Source: Spirochaetes bacterium RBG_16_49_21
GTDB lineage: Bacteria; Spirochaetota; UBA4802; UBA5550
NCBI GenBank assembly: GCA_001829495.1
Contig: MIBJ01000037.1
Span: 107,443-171,442 of the forward strand
Reading direction: 5' to 3'
DNA length: 64,000 bases
Below are positions 14,107 through 22,216 of the stretch, piece after piece. The position numbers and the translations under genes are program-made. The notes under the pieces are model-generated. The model was not told the origin of the DNA and made no database searches. It saw only the letters and a list, made by a program, of their open reading frames with translations. Positions within the stretch are counted from its first letter, which is position 1; each line of letters starts with the position of its first letter.

Positions 14107-16234
14107 TCTTATCGCCGGCTCAATCGGCGCGTTCGCGCTGGCGACACTCTCCTACCTCCTGTATGCCGAGATGACCTCCAGATCCGGACGGGGAAGCACC
14201 GAGTTGATCGGCGCCATTAATTCAACACGAAACATCGCGGAGCGAAAATTCTCCGCCCAGGTAGTTTGGGACGAGGTTGAAAAAAACGCCTCGGTGTACA
14301 ATTTCGACACCATCCGCACCGCCGACCAGTCAGAGGCGATCATCAGGCTCAAGGACGGCACCGAGATCACGCTCAATGAAAACAGCATGGTACTCCTGTC
14401 GCTGTCCGAAAAGGAGTTTGACATTCAATTCATGCAGGGAGCCATCAATGCCAAACAGGCTGCGGTAAAAACAGCCGGAGCTCGAACCGTGAACATTTCC
14501 TCCGGCGGATCGATAATCACGCTTAAAAACGGCGATGTGAGCCTGTCCCAGGATAGGGACAAAGGGCTCAATCTTACGGTGAGCAGGGGCACGGCAGCCT
14601 TTTTGTCGGAAAAGGGCGAACAAGTCCTCACTGAGAACCAGAATATACAATCGGGAAAAGACGGCATCAAGCTCTATGACCTGACCGTCAAGCTCATTCT
14701 TCCCGAGAAAGATGCATATATCCCCATCGGAGCGGACCAGGCTGCGGTGCGCTTTATCTGGGAACTGCCCAAGGGCGGTTTCACCCCCTTTCTTGAGATC
14801 GCGAACAATCCATCGCTCGCAGACCCGATTATTAAAAAAAGGGCTGCCGGCAATGCGGCCCCCGCATACCTTCCGGAAGGAATCTACTACTGGCGGGTTA
14901 CCGCCATCAACAACGTCACTAAAAAGGTCGAAGCGAGCGAGATACGCAGGCTTTCAATTCTGGACAACAGGCCGGCGGAGCTCATTGCGCCGGCGAACGG
15001 ATCAATCATACAATACCGGGACGCGAATCCGATGATCAATTTCATATGGTCCCGGAACGAATCCGTTTCCCGCTACGGCCTCACCGTGTCAAGAAAAACG
15101 GATATGTCCGATGCCGTGGCGAACACGATTGTCGACGGCACCAAGATATCGATCAACAGCCTCGGCAAAGGAGTTTATTACTGGAAAATCGCCAGCGTCC
15201 CCGAGGTGGCGTACGGTCAGAAAAGCGCTGAATCCGCGGTCCATACCTTTACGGTCGCAAAGATCGATAAGCTTCCGCCTCCGGAGCCCGTATATCCTCC
15301 GGAGAACAAATCAATTCATCCCCTGGCGATAGTCCGGAAAGGGCTGAACTTCACCTGGCTCAAGGATTCCTCCATCCCGCAGACGCAGATCATGATTGCC
15401 GCGGATAAGGACTTCAGCAAAGTGATAGCAAATAAAACGAGCACGGACAATTCTATCCGCATCACCGACAGCCTGAAAGAAGGAGTGTATTACTGGAACC
15501 TACGGGGACTGATGAGCGACGGATCTTCCACGGATTATTCGTCCGCTTTTCGCTTCAGGGTCGCCACGGAAGGCGCCCTGCGGCTCGTGGAGCCGAACGA
15601 CAATGCAATTCTGATTGATAACAAAGGCAGAGGTATCCCGATTACCTTTTCATGGATAAAATCCGAGCTCGAAGGCGGATATCTGCTCCGAATATCAAAG
15701 GACAGGAATTTCTCCTCTCTGGTTAAAGAGCTGCCGGCCGCCGATACATCGACGGAGATGCCCCGCATCGAGGACGGCACCTATTACTGGCTCGTCAGAC
15801 TGATCGACGAAAAGGGCGCCGGCATACTGTCCAGCCCGGTTTATTCGTTCAAGGTTGTCGGCAAGCTCGGGCTTCCGGTCGCCGTTGAGCCGAAATCGGG
15901 AAGCACCGTTAACATGGTCAAACAGGACGCCCTTGAGCTCCGGTGGGCTGCGGTAAAAGGAGCGAACCTCTACCGGGTCGGGCTCTTTCAGATCAATAAT
16001 GGGATCCAGCATTCTATTGCGGCCGTGGAGACGGCAGACACCGCGTATCGGTTCCCCGACCTGAAAAAACTGGATGAAGGACGGTTCTTCTGGAGCCTCC
16101 GGGCTCTGGATGCGGATTCGACGTCCCGCCGCGTGATACGGAAAAGCGACGAGGCACGGATGGAATTCGAGATCACGCTGGGCGGCGAGAAAAAAATCAA
16201 AATAAAATCCCCAAGGATACTCTATTTAGAATGA
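14087..16234 (+). CDS. FecR-domain protein with N-terminal membrane anchor and five tandem ~100-aa Ig/FN3-like repeat modules
   Basis: FecR-like block FSAQVVWDEVEKNASVYNFDTIRTADQSEAIIRLKDGTEITLNENSMVLL. Repeats are marked by G-x-YYW (EGIYYWRV, KGVYYWKI, EGVYYWNL, DGTYYWLV, EGRFFWSL). ATG at 14087 overlaps the cyclase 3' end by 20 nt; the track start at 14066 is TTG. Confidence 0.85.
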   Translation: MRLSKSDLIAGSIGAFALATLSYLLYAEMTSRSGRGSTELIGAINSTRNIAERKFSAQVVWDEVEKNASVYNFDTIRTADQSEAIIRLKDGTEITLNENSMVLLSLSEKEFDIQFMQGAINAKQAAVKTAGARTVNISSGGSIITLKNGDVSLSQDRDKGLNLTVSRGTAAFLSEKGEQVLTENQNIQSGKDGIKLYDLTVKLILPEKDAYIPIGADQAAVRFIWELPKGGFTPFLEIANNPSLADPIIKKRAAGNAAPAYLPEGIYYWRVTAINNVTKKVEASEIRRLSILDNRPAELIAPANGSIIQYRDANPMINFIWSRNESVSRYGLTVSRKTDMSDAVANTIVDGTKISINSLGKGVYYWKIASVPEVAYGQKSAESAVHTFTVAKIDKLPPPEPVYPPENKSIHPLAIVRKGLNFTWLKDSSIPQTQIMIAADKDFSKVIANKTSTDNSIRITDSLKEGVYYWNLRGLMSDGSSTDYSSAFRFRVATEGALRLVEPNDNAILIDNKGRGIPITFSWIKSELEGGYLLRISKDRNFSSLVKELPAADTSTEMPRIEDGTYYWLVRLIDEKGAGILSSPVYSFKVVGKLGLPVAVEPKSGSTVNMVKQDALELRWAAVKGANLYRVGLFQINNGIQHSIAAVETADTAYRFPDLKKLDEGRFFWSLRALDADSTSRRVIRKSDEARMEFEITLGGEKKIKIKSPRILYLE

Positions 16235-17124
16235 AGGGCATAAATTCCAAGCTGGCATCTGCGTCCCTGCTTGCGCTTGTCATAATCTTTGCGTCCGTTG
16301 CGCAAGCGCAGGCACGGGAAACGGCGAAGCCCCTGCGCCTTGTCTGGGAAGCAATCGAGGGCTACGAGAAGTATCAAGTCCAGATTATGGATGCATCGGG
16401 GAATATCGTGCTGGACCGGGCCGTCGACGCCAACTATGTCGAATTTATTCTTCCCCTGGGCGCGTACAAATTCAGGATAGCGGCTATCAATAAATTCGAC
16501 AAGATCGGCTTCTGGTCCGATTGGGACACGTTTGAGATACGTCAGAAAATAAAATATGAATTCTTCACCAACGATTATGTGGAGCGCGTGGGTCTTAAGA
16601 TAAGCGGCGGTGCGGCATATACCATGCTCCTCTCCCCCTGGAATAAACTATATCACGACACGTACAATAATTACATTCTCACCATCGGATTCCATCTCGG
16701 AAATTCAAAGTTCTTCAAATCCTCAAACTTTCTGCGTTTTACCGGGATAGAACTTGAAGGATGCTATAGCTTGTTACATAACAAAAAAAGCATAATCTTA
16801 AGCTCAAGTTTGAAGAACCTCAGCGGCGGCCTGAATCTTTTTATCAAGACGAACTTAAAAATTCCGCTGAATTTTTACCTGACCGCAGGCGGAGGCATAA
16901 ACATCACGGAGCAACAGAATCTCAGATACTATTTCAATGTAGGTCTTCCGCTGAAAGCGATCGTAAAATCCCAGGATCCCTACGGCAAAGTCGGCGCATC
17001 CGTGGAATTGAACTTCCTGTACGCATTGAGCCTCAACGTCGGAGCGGACTATTACATGATTTTCTACCGTGACAAGCCGCTGAGCAGCCTTCGCTATTTT
17101 GCCCTCGTCGGGGTGAGGATCTGA
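16231..17124 (+). CDS. Secreted protein: one FecR-type repeat module followed by a putative outer-membrane beta-barrel-like domain
   Basis: Signal peptide MKGINSKLASASLLALVIIFASVAQAQA. The N-terminal module (RLVWEAIEGYEKYQVQI...GAYKFRIAAINKF) resembles the repeats of the preceding protein. The C-terminal part has alternating hydrophobic/Gly-Tyr-rich composition. ATGA overlap with the FecR gene stop. Confidence 0.7.
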   Translation: MKGINSKLASASLLALVIIFASVAQAQARETAKPLRLVWEAIEGYEKYQVQIMDASGNIVLDRAVDANYVEFILPLGAYKFRIAAINKFDKIGFWSDWDTFEIRQKIKYEFFTNDYVERVGLKISGGAAYTMLLSPWNKLYHDTYNNYILTIGFHLGNSKFFKSSNFLRFTGIELEGCYSLLHNKKSIILSSSLKNLSGGLNLFIKTNLKIPLNFYLTAGGGINITEQQNLRYYFNVGLPLKAIVKSQDPYGKVGASVELNFLYALSLNVGADYYMIFYRDKPLSSLRYFALVGVRI

Positions 17125-17138
17125 AACCATCAGGGAGC

Positions 17139-18701
17139 CTATGTCCAGGAGAACCGGGCTTCGCCCTGGTGGACGCTGTTTGTTAAACAGCCGAGCCTGA
17201 ACAGGCGCTCCACCTCGTACGCGACGAGATCCTTGTCAAATCCAGAATTTGCAATTACGAATTCAATGAACTGGGCGACGCCCGTGCCGTTCGTGTCCTT
17301 GGCCGAATAGTGCTCCACCAGCTCATCATTGACCATTTTCAGGTTGAACACAAATGAATTGAGGGTGCTTATCATGCGCTGATATTCCTCGGACAGGGTT
17401 TCGCCCCGCTTCTGCTTCTGTACCGCATCATATAAGCGGCTGTTGACTCCCTTATTGAATTCGGCGACTATCCGGTCGATCTGGTGCCGCTTCAGGGAGA
17501 CGGTTTCGCAAACCGCCTGATTGGCATCGTACTTGTCCCAGTCGCTGGTAAGGATTCTGATGCCGTATGATTCCGCCTTATCGCGCACCTCCGTTCCCGG
17601 AAAGGGCGACAGGATATGGAACCCGTAATTCGCGCACAGCGTTCGGGCAAAATCCATGGATTGGCGTACCGTCTCCGGGGTCTCGCCCGGTAATCCCATG
17701 ATGTATGATGCCATGGGCTCGATCCCCGCCTCCACGCACACCTTCATCGCTTCTCTTATTTTTTCCAGCGTCGTCTTCTTCTTTATGCTGTTCAGAATCT
17801 CCTGTACGCCGCTTTCGACGCCGAAGCAGAGCATGGTGCACCCGGCCGACTTCATGATCCGGAGCAGCTCCTCATTGACCGTGTCGACGCGGGCAAAGGC
17901 CGTCCAGGTATGCTTAATGCCCCTCCGCATGATCTCTTCGCATATCAGGATGCACCTCTTCCTGTTTGAGGTGAACAGATCATCCACGAAATTAATCTGT
18001 TTGAAACCCATTTTTGAAAGCATCTCAAACTCATCGACGACGCGCTTCACGTCGAAATAACGCACCCTTCTGCCGACCATCTTGGACCCGACGCAGAATA
18101 TGCATTCATAGGGACAGCCCCGCGAGGTCAGCATGTTAAGCGGCATGCCCAGGGCCTTGTACTTGCTCAGCTGTACAAGGTGGCGCGCCGGATAGGGAAG
18201 TATATTGATATCCCTGATGAAATCCCGCTTTTCATTATGGATGACGACGCCGTTTTCCCGGTACGATATGCCCCGTATCCCGCGATGGGCCGCGCCGTCG
18301 TCCAGATTATTGAGCAGCTCGTCGCAGGTCTCCTCGCCCTCTCCCCGGATGATATAATCTATGAAGTCGTTCTCGGATAATATTGCCTGAGCGTCGAACG
18401 AGACATGGGGCCCGCCCATCATGATGGCCGCGTCGGGGGATTCCTCGCCGTAAGCCCCGAGTATCCTGAGCGCGGCTTTGATGTTCATGGTAACGCCGGT
18501 TGACCCGATCACGTCCGGCTTGAATTCACGGACCATCCTTCGCACCCGCGCCCGGGAATAGGGATTTACGATGTAATCGTCGATAATGACTTCGAATCCT
18601 TTTTCCAGAAGATATGCAGCCAGGGACATAAGCCCGAAGGGAGGCGTCGGGAGCTCCTCCATCGGATACGGTGGGTTTATCAACAATATCCTTTTTTTCA
18701 T
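17139..18701 (-). CDS. B12-binding-domain radical SAM enzyme (class B radical SAM family)
   Basis: N-terminal B12-binding-like region (KKRILLINPPYP...), the radical SAM cluster motif SRGCPYECIFCVG (CxxxCxxC), and a ~100-aa C-terminal extension of unknown function. Confidence 0.85.
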   Translation of the reverse strand: MKKRILLINPPYPMEELPTPPFGLMSLAAYLLEKGFEVIIDDYIVNPYSRARVRRMVREFKPDVIGSTGVTMNIKAALRILGAYGEESPDAAIMMGGPHVSFDAQAILSENDFIDYIIRGEGEETCDELLNNLDDGAAHRGIRGISYRENGVVIHNEKRDFIRDINILPYPARHLVQLSKYKALGMPLNMLTSRGCPYECIFCVGSKMVGRRVRYFDVKRVVDEFEMLSKMGFKQINFVDDLFTSNRKRCILICEEIMRRGIKHTWTAFARVDTVNEELLRIMKSAGCTMLCFGVESGVQEILNSIKKKTTLEKIREAMKVCVEAGIEPMASYIMGLPGETPETVRQSMDFARTLCANYGFHILSPFPGTEVRDKAESYGIRILTSDWDKYDANQAVCETVSLKRHQIDRIVAEFNKGVNSRLYDAVQKQKRGETLSEEYQRMISTLNSFVFNLKMVNDELVEHYSAKDTNGTGVAQFIEFVIANSGFDKDLVAYEVERLFRLGCLTNSVHQGEARFSWT

Positions 18702-18802
18702 AAACAGACTCCTTTAAATTCACCAGCGTCGAGGGTTGCCGCTTTTTTTCGTTATAAAAAACCACAATCCTAATAATGTCAAGAAATTCCTGCACTCATT
18801 AA

Positions 18803-19573
18803 TCAGCCTATAACCTTTTTGATCATATCAATATCATTGGTAATAAAGCCGTCGACCCCAATTTCCTTGAGCCTGCGGGCCTTTTCTTCGCTGTTGACAT
18901 CCAGGACATACACGGGAATTCCGCGTAATTGCGCTTTACGGATAAGTCCCGCATTCGCTATATAGGAAGCGCCGATCATCTCAGCTATTATCAGGGCATC
19001 TGCCTTGAATTTATTTGCACAGTCTAAAAGGCCGCTTTTAAAAAGCGCGTAGAAACCTATTATGCCGGAAAATGAAAAGGAGGCGGCTATTTCCGGATTT
19101 TCCCTGCGCATGACTTTTATAGCACGGCCGTTGAAGCTTGACACCAAGACCCTGTCGAAGGCGTTCATCCAGGCCAGGGTAGTGCAGAATTCATGCACAA
19201 GATCAATGCTTTTATCATTCAGGTCGAAATTGAATCTCTGATGAGGAAAGGCTTCAAGCAGATGCATGATCTCAGGGAAAACCGCCTCATCCCCTTCCCC
19301 TGCGCTTCCCGGTGCAGCGGACTCCTGGTGCCGAACGCGCAGCTGCTCAAGGCTGCACGAGGCTATTCCTGCCTTCATCAACTCTTTATCATAATAAACG
19401 GAATCCGACACGGCGATTATTTTTTTATCCCGGGTAAGAAAAATATTCGTTCTGATTACGTCAGAACCGAGAGAAACCGCGTTCCTAAAATTTCGTATTG
19501 TATCCTCCAATAGATGAGGCTGGGCGCTGCCGGTCGTAAATAGTACCGGCTTTGTTTCAAAAAAATTTTTCAT
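18803..19573 (-). CDS. Glycerophosphodiester phosphodiesterase (GDPD)-like protein, apparently lacking the canonical catalytic His/Glu residues
   Basis: The C-terminal GVDGFITNDIDMI resembles the UgpQ GVDCICTDAIDVI block, and the overall spacing is GDPD-like. However HRG is replaced by TGS, EFD by RTN and HDD by SDS, in my by-eye alignment to E. coli UgpQ recalled from memory. Confidence 0.65.
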   Translation of the reverse strand: MKNFFETKPVLFTTGSAQPHLLEDTIRNFRNAVSLGSDVIRTNIFLTRDKKIIAVSDSVYYDKELMKAGIASCSLEQLRVRHQESAAPGSAGEGDEAVFPEIMHLLEAFPHQRFNFDLNDKSIDLVHEFCTTLAWMNAFDRVLVSSFNGRAIKVMRRENPEIAASFSFSGIIGFYALFKSGLLDCANKFKADALIIAEMIGASYIANAGLIRKAQLRGIPVYVLDVNSEEKARRLKEIGVDGFITNDIDMIKKVIG

Positions 19574-19680
19574 ATATCAATTCGCTGTGTTTCACACGAA
19601 TGGACGCTGATATAAGCTGAACGCCACGTCAAACCACTTTTTTTATTTTTGACATTATTCATAACTTCAGGCATAATAAG

Positions 19681-19724
19681 GGAACCGCCGATTCACGCAG
19701 ATGAACGCGTGAATCGGCGGTTCC
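19681..19724. repeat. Perfect 18-bp stem / 8-nt loop palindrome GGAACCGCCGATTCACGC-AGATGAAC-GCGTGAATCGGCGGTTCC
   Basis: Read directly from the sequence. It lies in the divergent intergenic region between the GDPD-like gene (-) and corC (+), so it is not a terminator for either. It shares the AACCGCCGAT.../...ATCGGCGGTT ends with the element at 35567-35673. Confidence 0.9.
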
Positions 19725-19814
19725 ATCTCCAAAAATTACTGTTGACAAAATACCGTTTTATGAAAATTTATTAATCCTGAACTCAACCATCCGATAAAGG
19801 CGATATTTTACAGA

Positions 19815-20648
19815 ATGACATCAGATAACGCTGAAGCACATCATACATCCGGCAAAAAATCGATTTCCAACTTGCTTAAAAAGTTATTTAAAAAAAATAA
19901 CCGGGACATTCTGAAATCAGCTGATTATGAGAATTTAGATGTCTTCCGCAGATACATGATTCGGGGGGTACTGAAGCTGTCTGACCTCAATGCCCGCGAC
20001 ATCATGATCCCGCGGGTCGATATCGTGGCCGTGGATTCCAAAACAGAGCTCAAGCCCTTATTAAAAATGGCGTTGAAAGCAGGCCATTCCCGCGTTCCGG
20101 TATATGAAGAAACAATAGATCATATCATCGGCATCGTATATGTGAAAGATCTGCTGAAGCTCTTCATTGAAAAATCGAGGAAAAAATTCCAGCTAAAAAA
20201 AATAATGCACGATCCCTATTTCGTTCCGGAAACCATGAAACTGGATGAGCTCCTCCTTGAATTCAAATTCCGCAGGCTTCACATTGCGGTGGTGGTCGAC
20301 GAATACGGCGGCGTAAGCGGCATTGTCACCCTTGAGGACATCCTCGAGGAGATTGTGGGGGACATCATCGATGAATTCGACAGTGCCGAGCTTCCCGAGA
20401 TTGAGAAGACGGGGGAGAACGCCTATGAAGTAGATTCCCGGATGCCCATCGCCGATTTCAACGAAATAGCGGGACTCAGCCTCTCCCCGGAAGGATTCGA
20501 TACCATCGGCGGATACGTTCTTGACCTGTTCGGGAAAATACCGGAAAAAGGCGAAACCATTAAAGACGAAAACGTATCCTTCACGATAAAGGATATCAGC
20601 GGCACCGTGATAAACCGCATCACCGTTACTATAGCGAACCCCCAATAG
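19815..20648 (+). CDS. corC: CBS-pair plus CorC_HlyC domain protein (CorC/TlyC-like magnesium/cobalt efflux accessory protein)
   Basis: Typical blocks ARDIMIPRVDIVAV, HSRVPVYEE, IIGIVYVKDLL, HIAVVVDEYGGVSGIVTLEDILEEIVG. The C-terminal transporter-associated domain is present. There is no DUF21 membrane domain. Confidence 0.85.
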   Translation: MTSDNAEAHHTSGKKSISNLLKKLFKKNNRDILKSADYENLDVFRRYMIRGVLKLSDLNARDIMIPRVDIVAVDSKTELKPLLKMALKAGHSRVPVYEETIDHIIGIVYVKDLLKLFIEKSRKKFQLKKIMHDPYFVPETMKLDELLLEFKFRRLHIAVVVDEYGGVSGIVTLEDILEEIVGDIIDEFDSAELPEIEKTGENAYEVDSRMPIADFNEIAGLSLSPEGFDTIGGYVLDLFGKIPEKGETIKDENVSFTIKDISGTVINRITVTIANPQ

Positions 20649-20655
20649 CTTTCTG

Positions 20656-21414
20656 ATGGAAATTCTCAAAACCACCGGCGTAGCGCTCTCCGCACATCCC
20701 TCAGGCGAGGCTGATGTCGTCTGCAACTATTACACGAAGGATCACGGGAAAAAAAAGTTCATCTTCAAGGGACTCCGGAAAAGCAAAAAACGCTCCCGCT
20801 CCGCGGTGGAGCCGGGCGCGGTTACGGACATTGTTTATTATTCCCGCGATGACCGGGATTGCTGCATCGCTAATGAATTCCATGTGCGGAAGTTCCCCGC
20901 ATCGATAACCGGCAATCTCCGGAAAATCCTCCATCTCTATTTTATGCTTGAAGCGGCCGACAAAACGTGCGGATACAACATCGCCGACGAAGGAATTTAT
21001 AAACTGATCATCACCGGCATGGACGCCCTTTCAAAGACGGATTTCCCGGTCCATTGTTCAGCCTTCTTTATGTTCCACTTAATGAAAAATCATGGGATAC
21101 TGTCTGATCTTCGGTCGTGCAAATTATGCGGGAAGAATGAATTCCTGCGATTTGCCCTGGATATAACGGATCTGCGGCCGGTATGCGGCGAATGCCTGCT
21201 CCTTGCACCCTCGCTGCCGCAGCTCAAAAATTCGCTGCTCACTAAAAGCACGGGCGAATTCATCCAGTCATGCCTCATCCGGAAATTCAGCTCAATAGAT
21301 CACGGGAAATACCCGGAAGGGGATATCCAGGACCTCATGCTTACGGTCGCGCGCTTTGTTGAAAATTATTATCATACTGAACTAAAATCAAAATCGCTTA
21401 TTATTCACCGGTAA
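20656..21414 (+). CDS. recO: DNA repair protein RecO
   Basis: N-terminal OB-fold pattern (TTGVALSAHPSGEADVVCNYYTKDHGKKKFIFKGLRKSKKRS) and a C-terminal Cys-rich region (CKLCGK...CGEC) typical of RecO. Size is 252 aa. Confidence 0.85.
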   Translation: MEILKTTGVALSAHPSGEADVVCNYYTKDHGKKKFIFKGLRKSKKRSRSAVEPGAVTDIVYYSRDDRDCCIANEFHVRKFPASITGNLRKILHLYFMLEAADKTCGYNIADEGIYKLIITGMDALSKTDFPVHCSAFFMFHLMKNHGILSDLRSCKLCGKNEFLRFALDITDLRPVCGECLLLAPSLPQLKNSLLTKSTGEFIQSCLIRKFSSIDHGKYPEGDIQDLMLTVARFVENYYHTELKSKSLIIHR

Positions 21415-22216
21415 ACGACGGCTTCCTTTTTTCCAAGAAAGCCTTGACCGCCTCGACATGATCCTTGGTACGGGTGGCTGCAAACTGGTAGCTGACCGCC
21501 ACGTCTGTAGTGAGCTCAAGAGGCTGGCCGCCGATCTGGTTCATGGCCTTCTTGATGATGCCCACGGCTGCCGGAGCGCGCGCGAGACGCCGCGCAAGCT
21601 TCTTCGCCTCCGGAAGGAGCTGATCGGCAGCCACCACTTTTTCTACAAGTCCGATACGGTGCGCCTCCTGTGCATCGACGAGCTCCCCGGTGTAGCACAG
21701 GTACCGCGCCATGCCCGGCCCCACGATCTTCGGAAGCAGGCACATGCCGATCTCGGGAACAAGACCCATCCGGACAAAGAATTCACCCAGCTGCGCACTT
21801 TCGGCCGCTATCCGGAAATCGCACAGGAGCGTCATCTCGAAACCGGCGCCCAGGGCAAACCCATTGATGGCCGCTATAGTGATCTTGTCCAGATTATACA
21901 AATCCATGTACAAATTGACCAGGGGATCGAAGTATTCCTTGAACTCTTTAAGGCTCATGTTCCTCAGCGGGTCGATATCCAGGGCTACGTCGCCGCCGGC
22001 TGAAAAGTGATCCCCGGATCCGGTGAAGATGACGGCACGGATTCCCTTTTCGCTCTTTACGTCCGCATAAGCCTTCTGCAGCCCCTCGAACAGCTCCGGA
22101 CTGAAGGCGTTCATCTTATCCGGCCGGTTGAATGTCACGATTGCGTAATTTTCCTCTACGGTAACGATACAGCTTCCGTATTCGCGCGTTTCTTCTGGCA
22201 TTGTATCCTCCCTCAT
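21401..22216 (-). CDS. Enoyl-CoA hydratase/isomerase (crotonase family)
   Basis: Crotonase blocks VTFNRPDKMNAF, FSAGGDV, AAINGFALGAGFEMTLLCDFRIA. ATGA overlap with the thiolase stop at 22213-22216. The 3' end overlaps recO by 14 nt in convergent orientation. Confidence 0.9.
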   Translation of the reverse strand: MREDTMPEETREYGSCIVTVEENYAIVTFNRPDKMNAFSPELFEGLQKAYADVKSEKGIRAVIFTGSGDHFSAGGDVALDIDPLRNMSLKEFKEYFDPLVNLYMDLYNLDKITIAAINGFALGAGFEMTLLCDFRIAAESAQLGEFFVRMGLVPEIGMCLLPKIVGPGMARYLCYTGELVDAQEAHRIGLVEKVVAADQLLPEAKKLARRLARAPAAVGIIKKAMNQIGGQPLELTTDVAVSYQFAATRTKDHVEAVKAFLEKRKPSFTGE

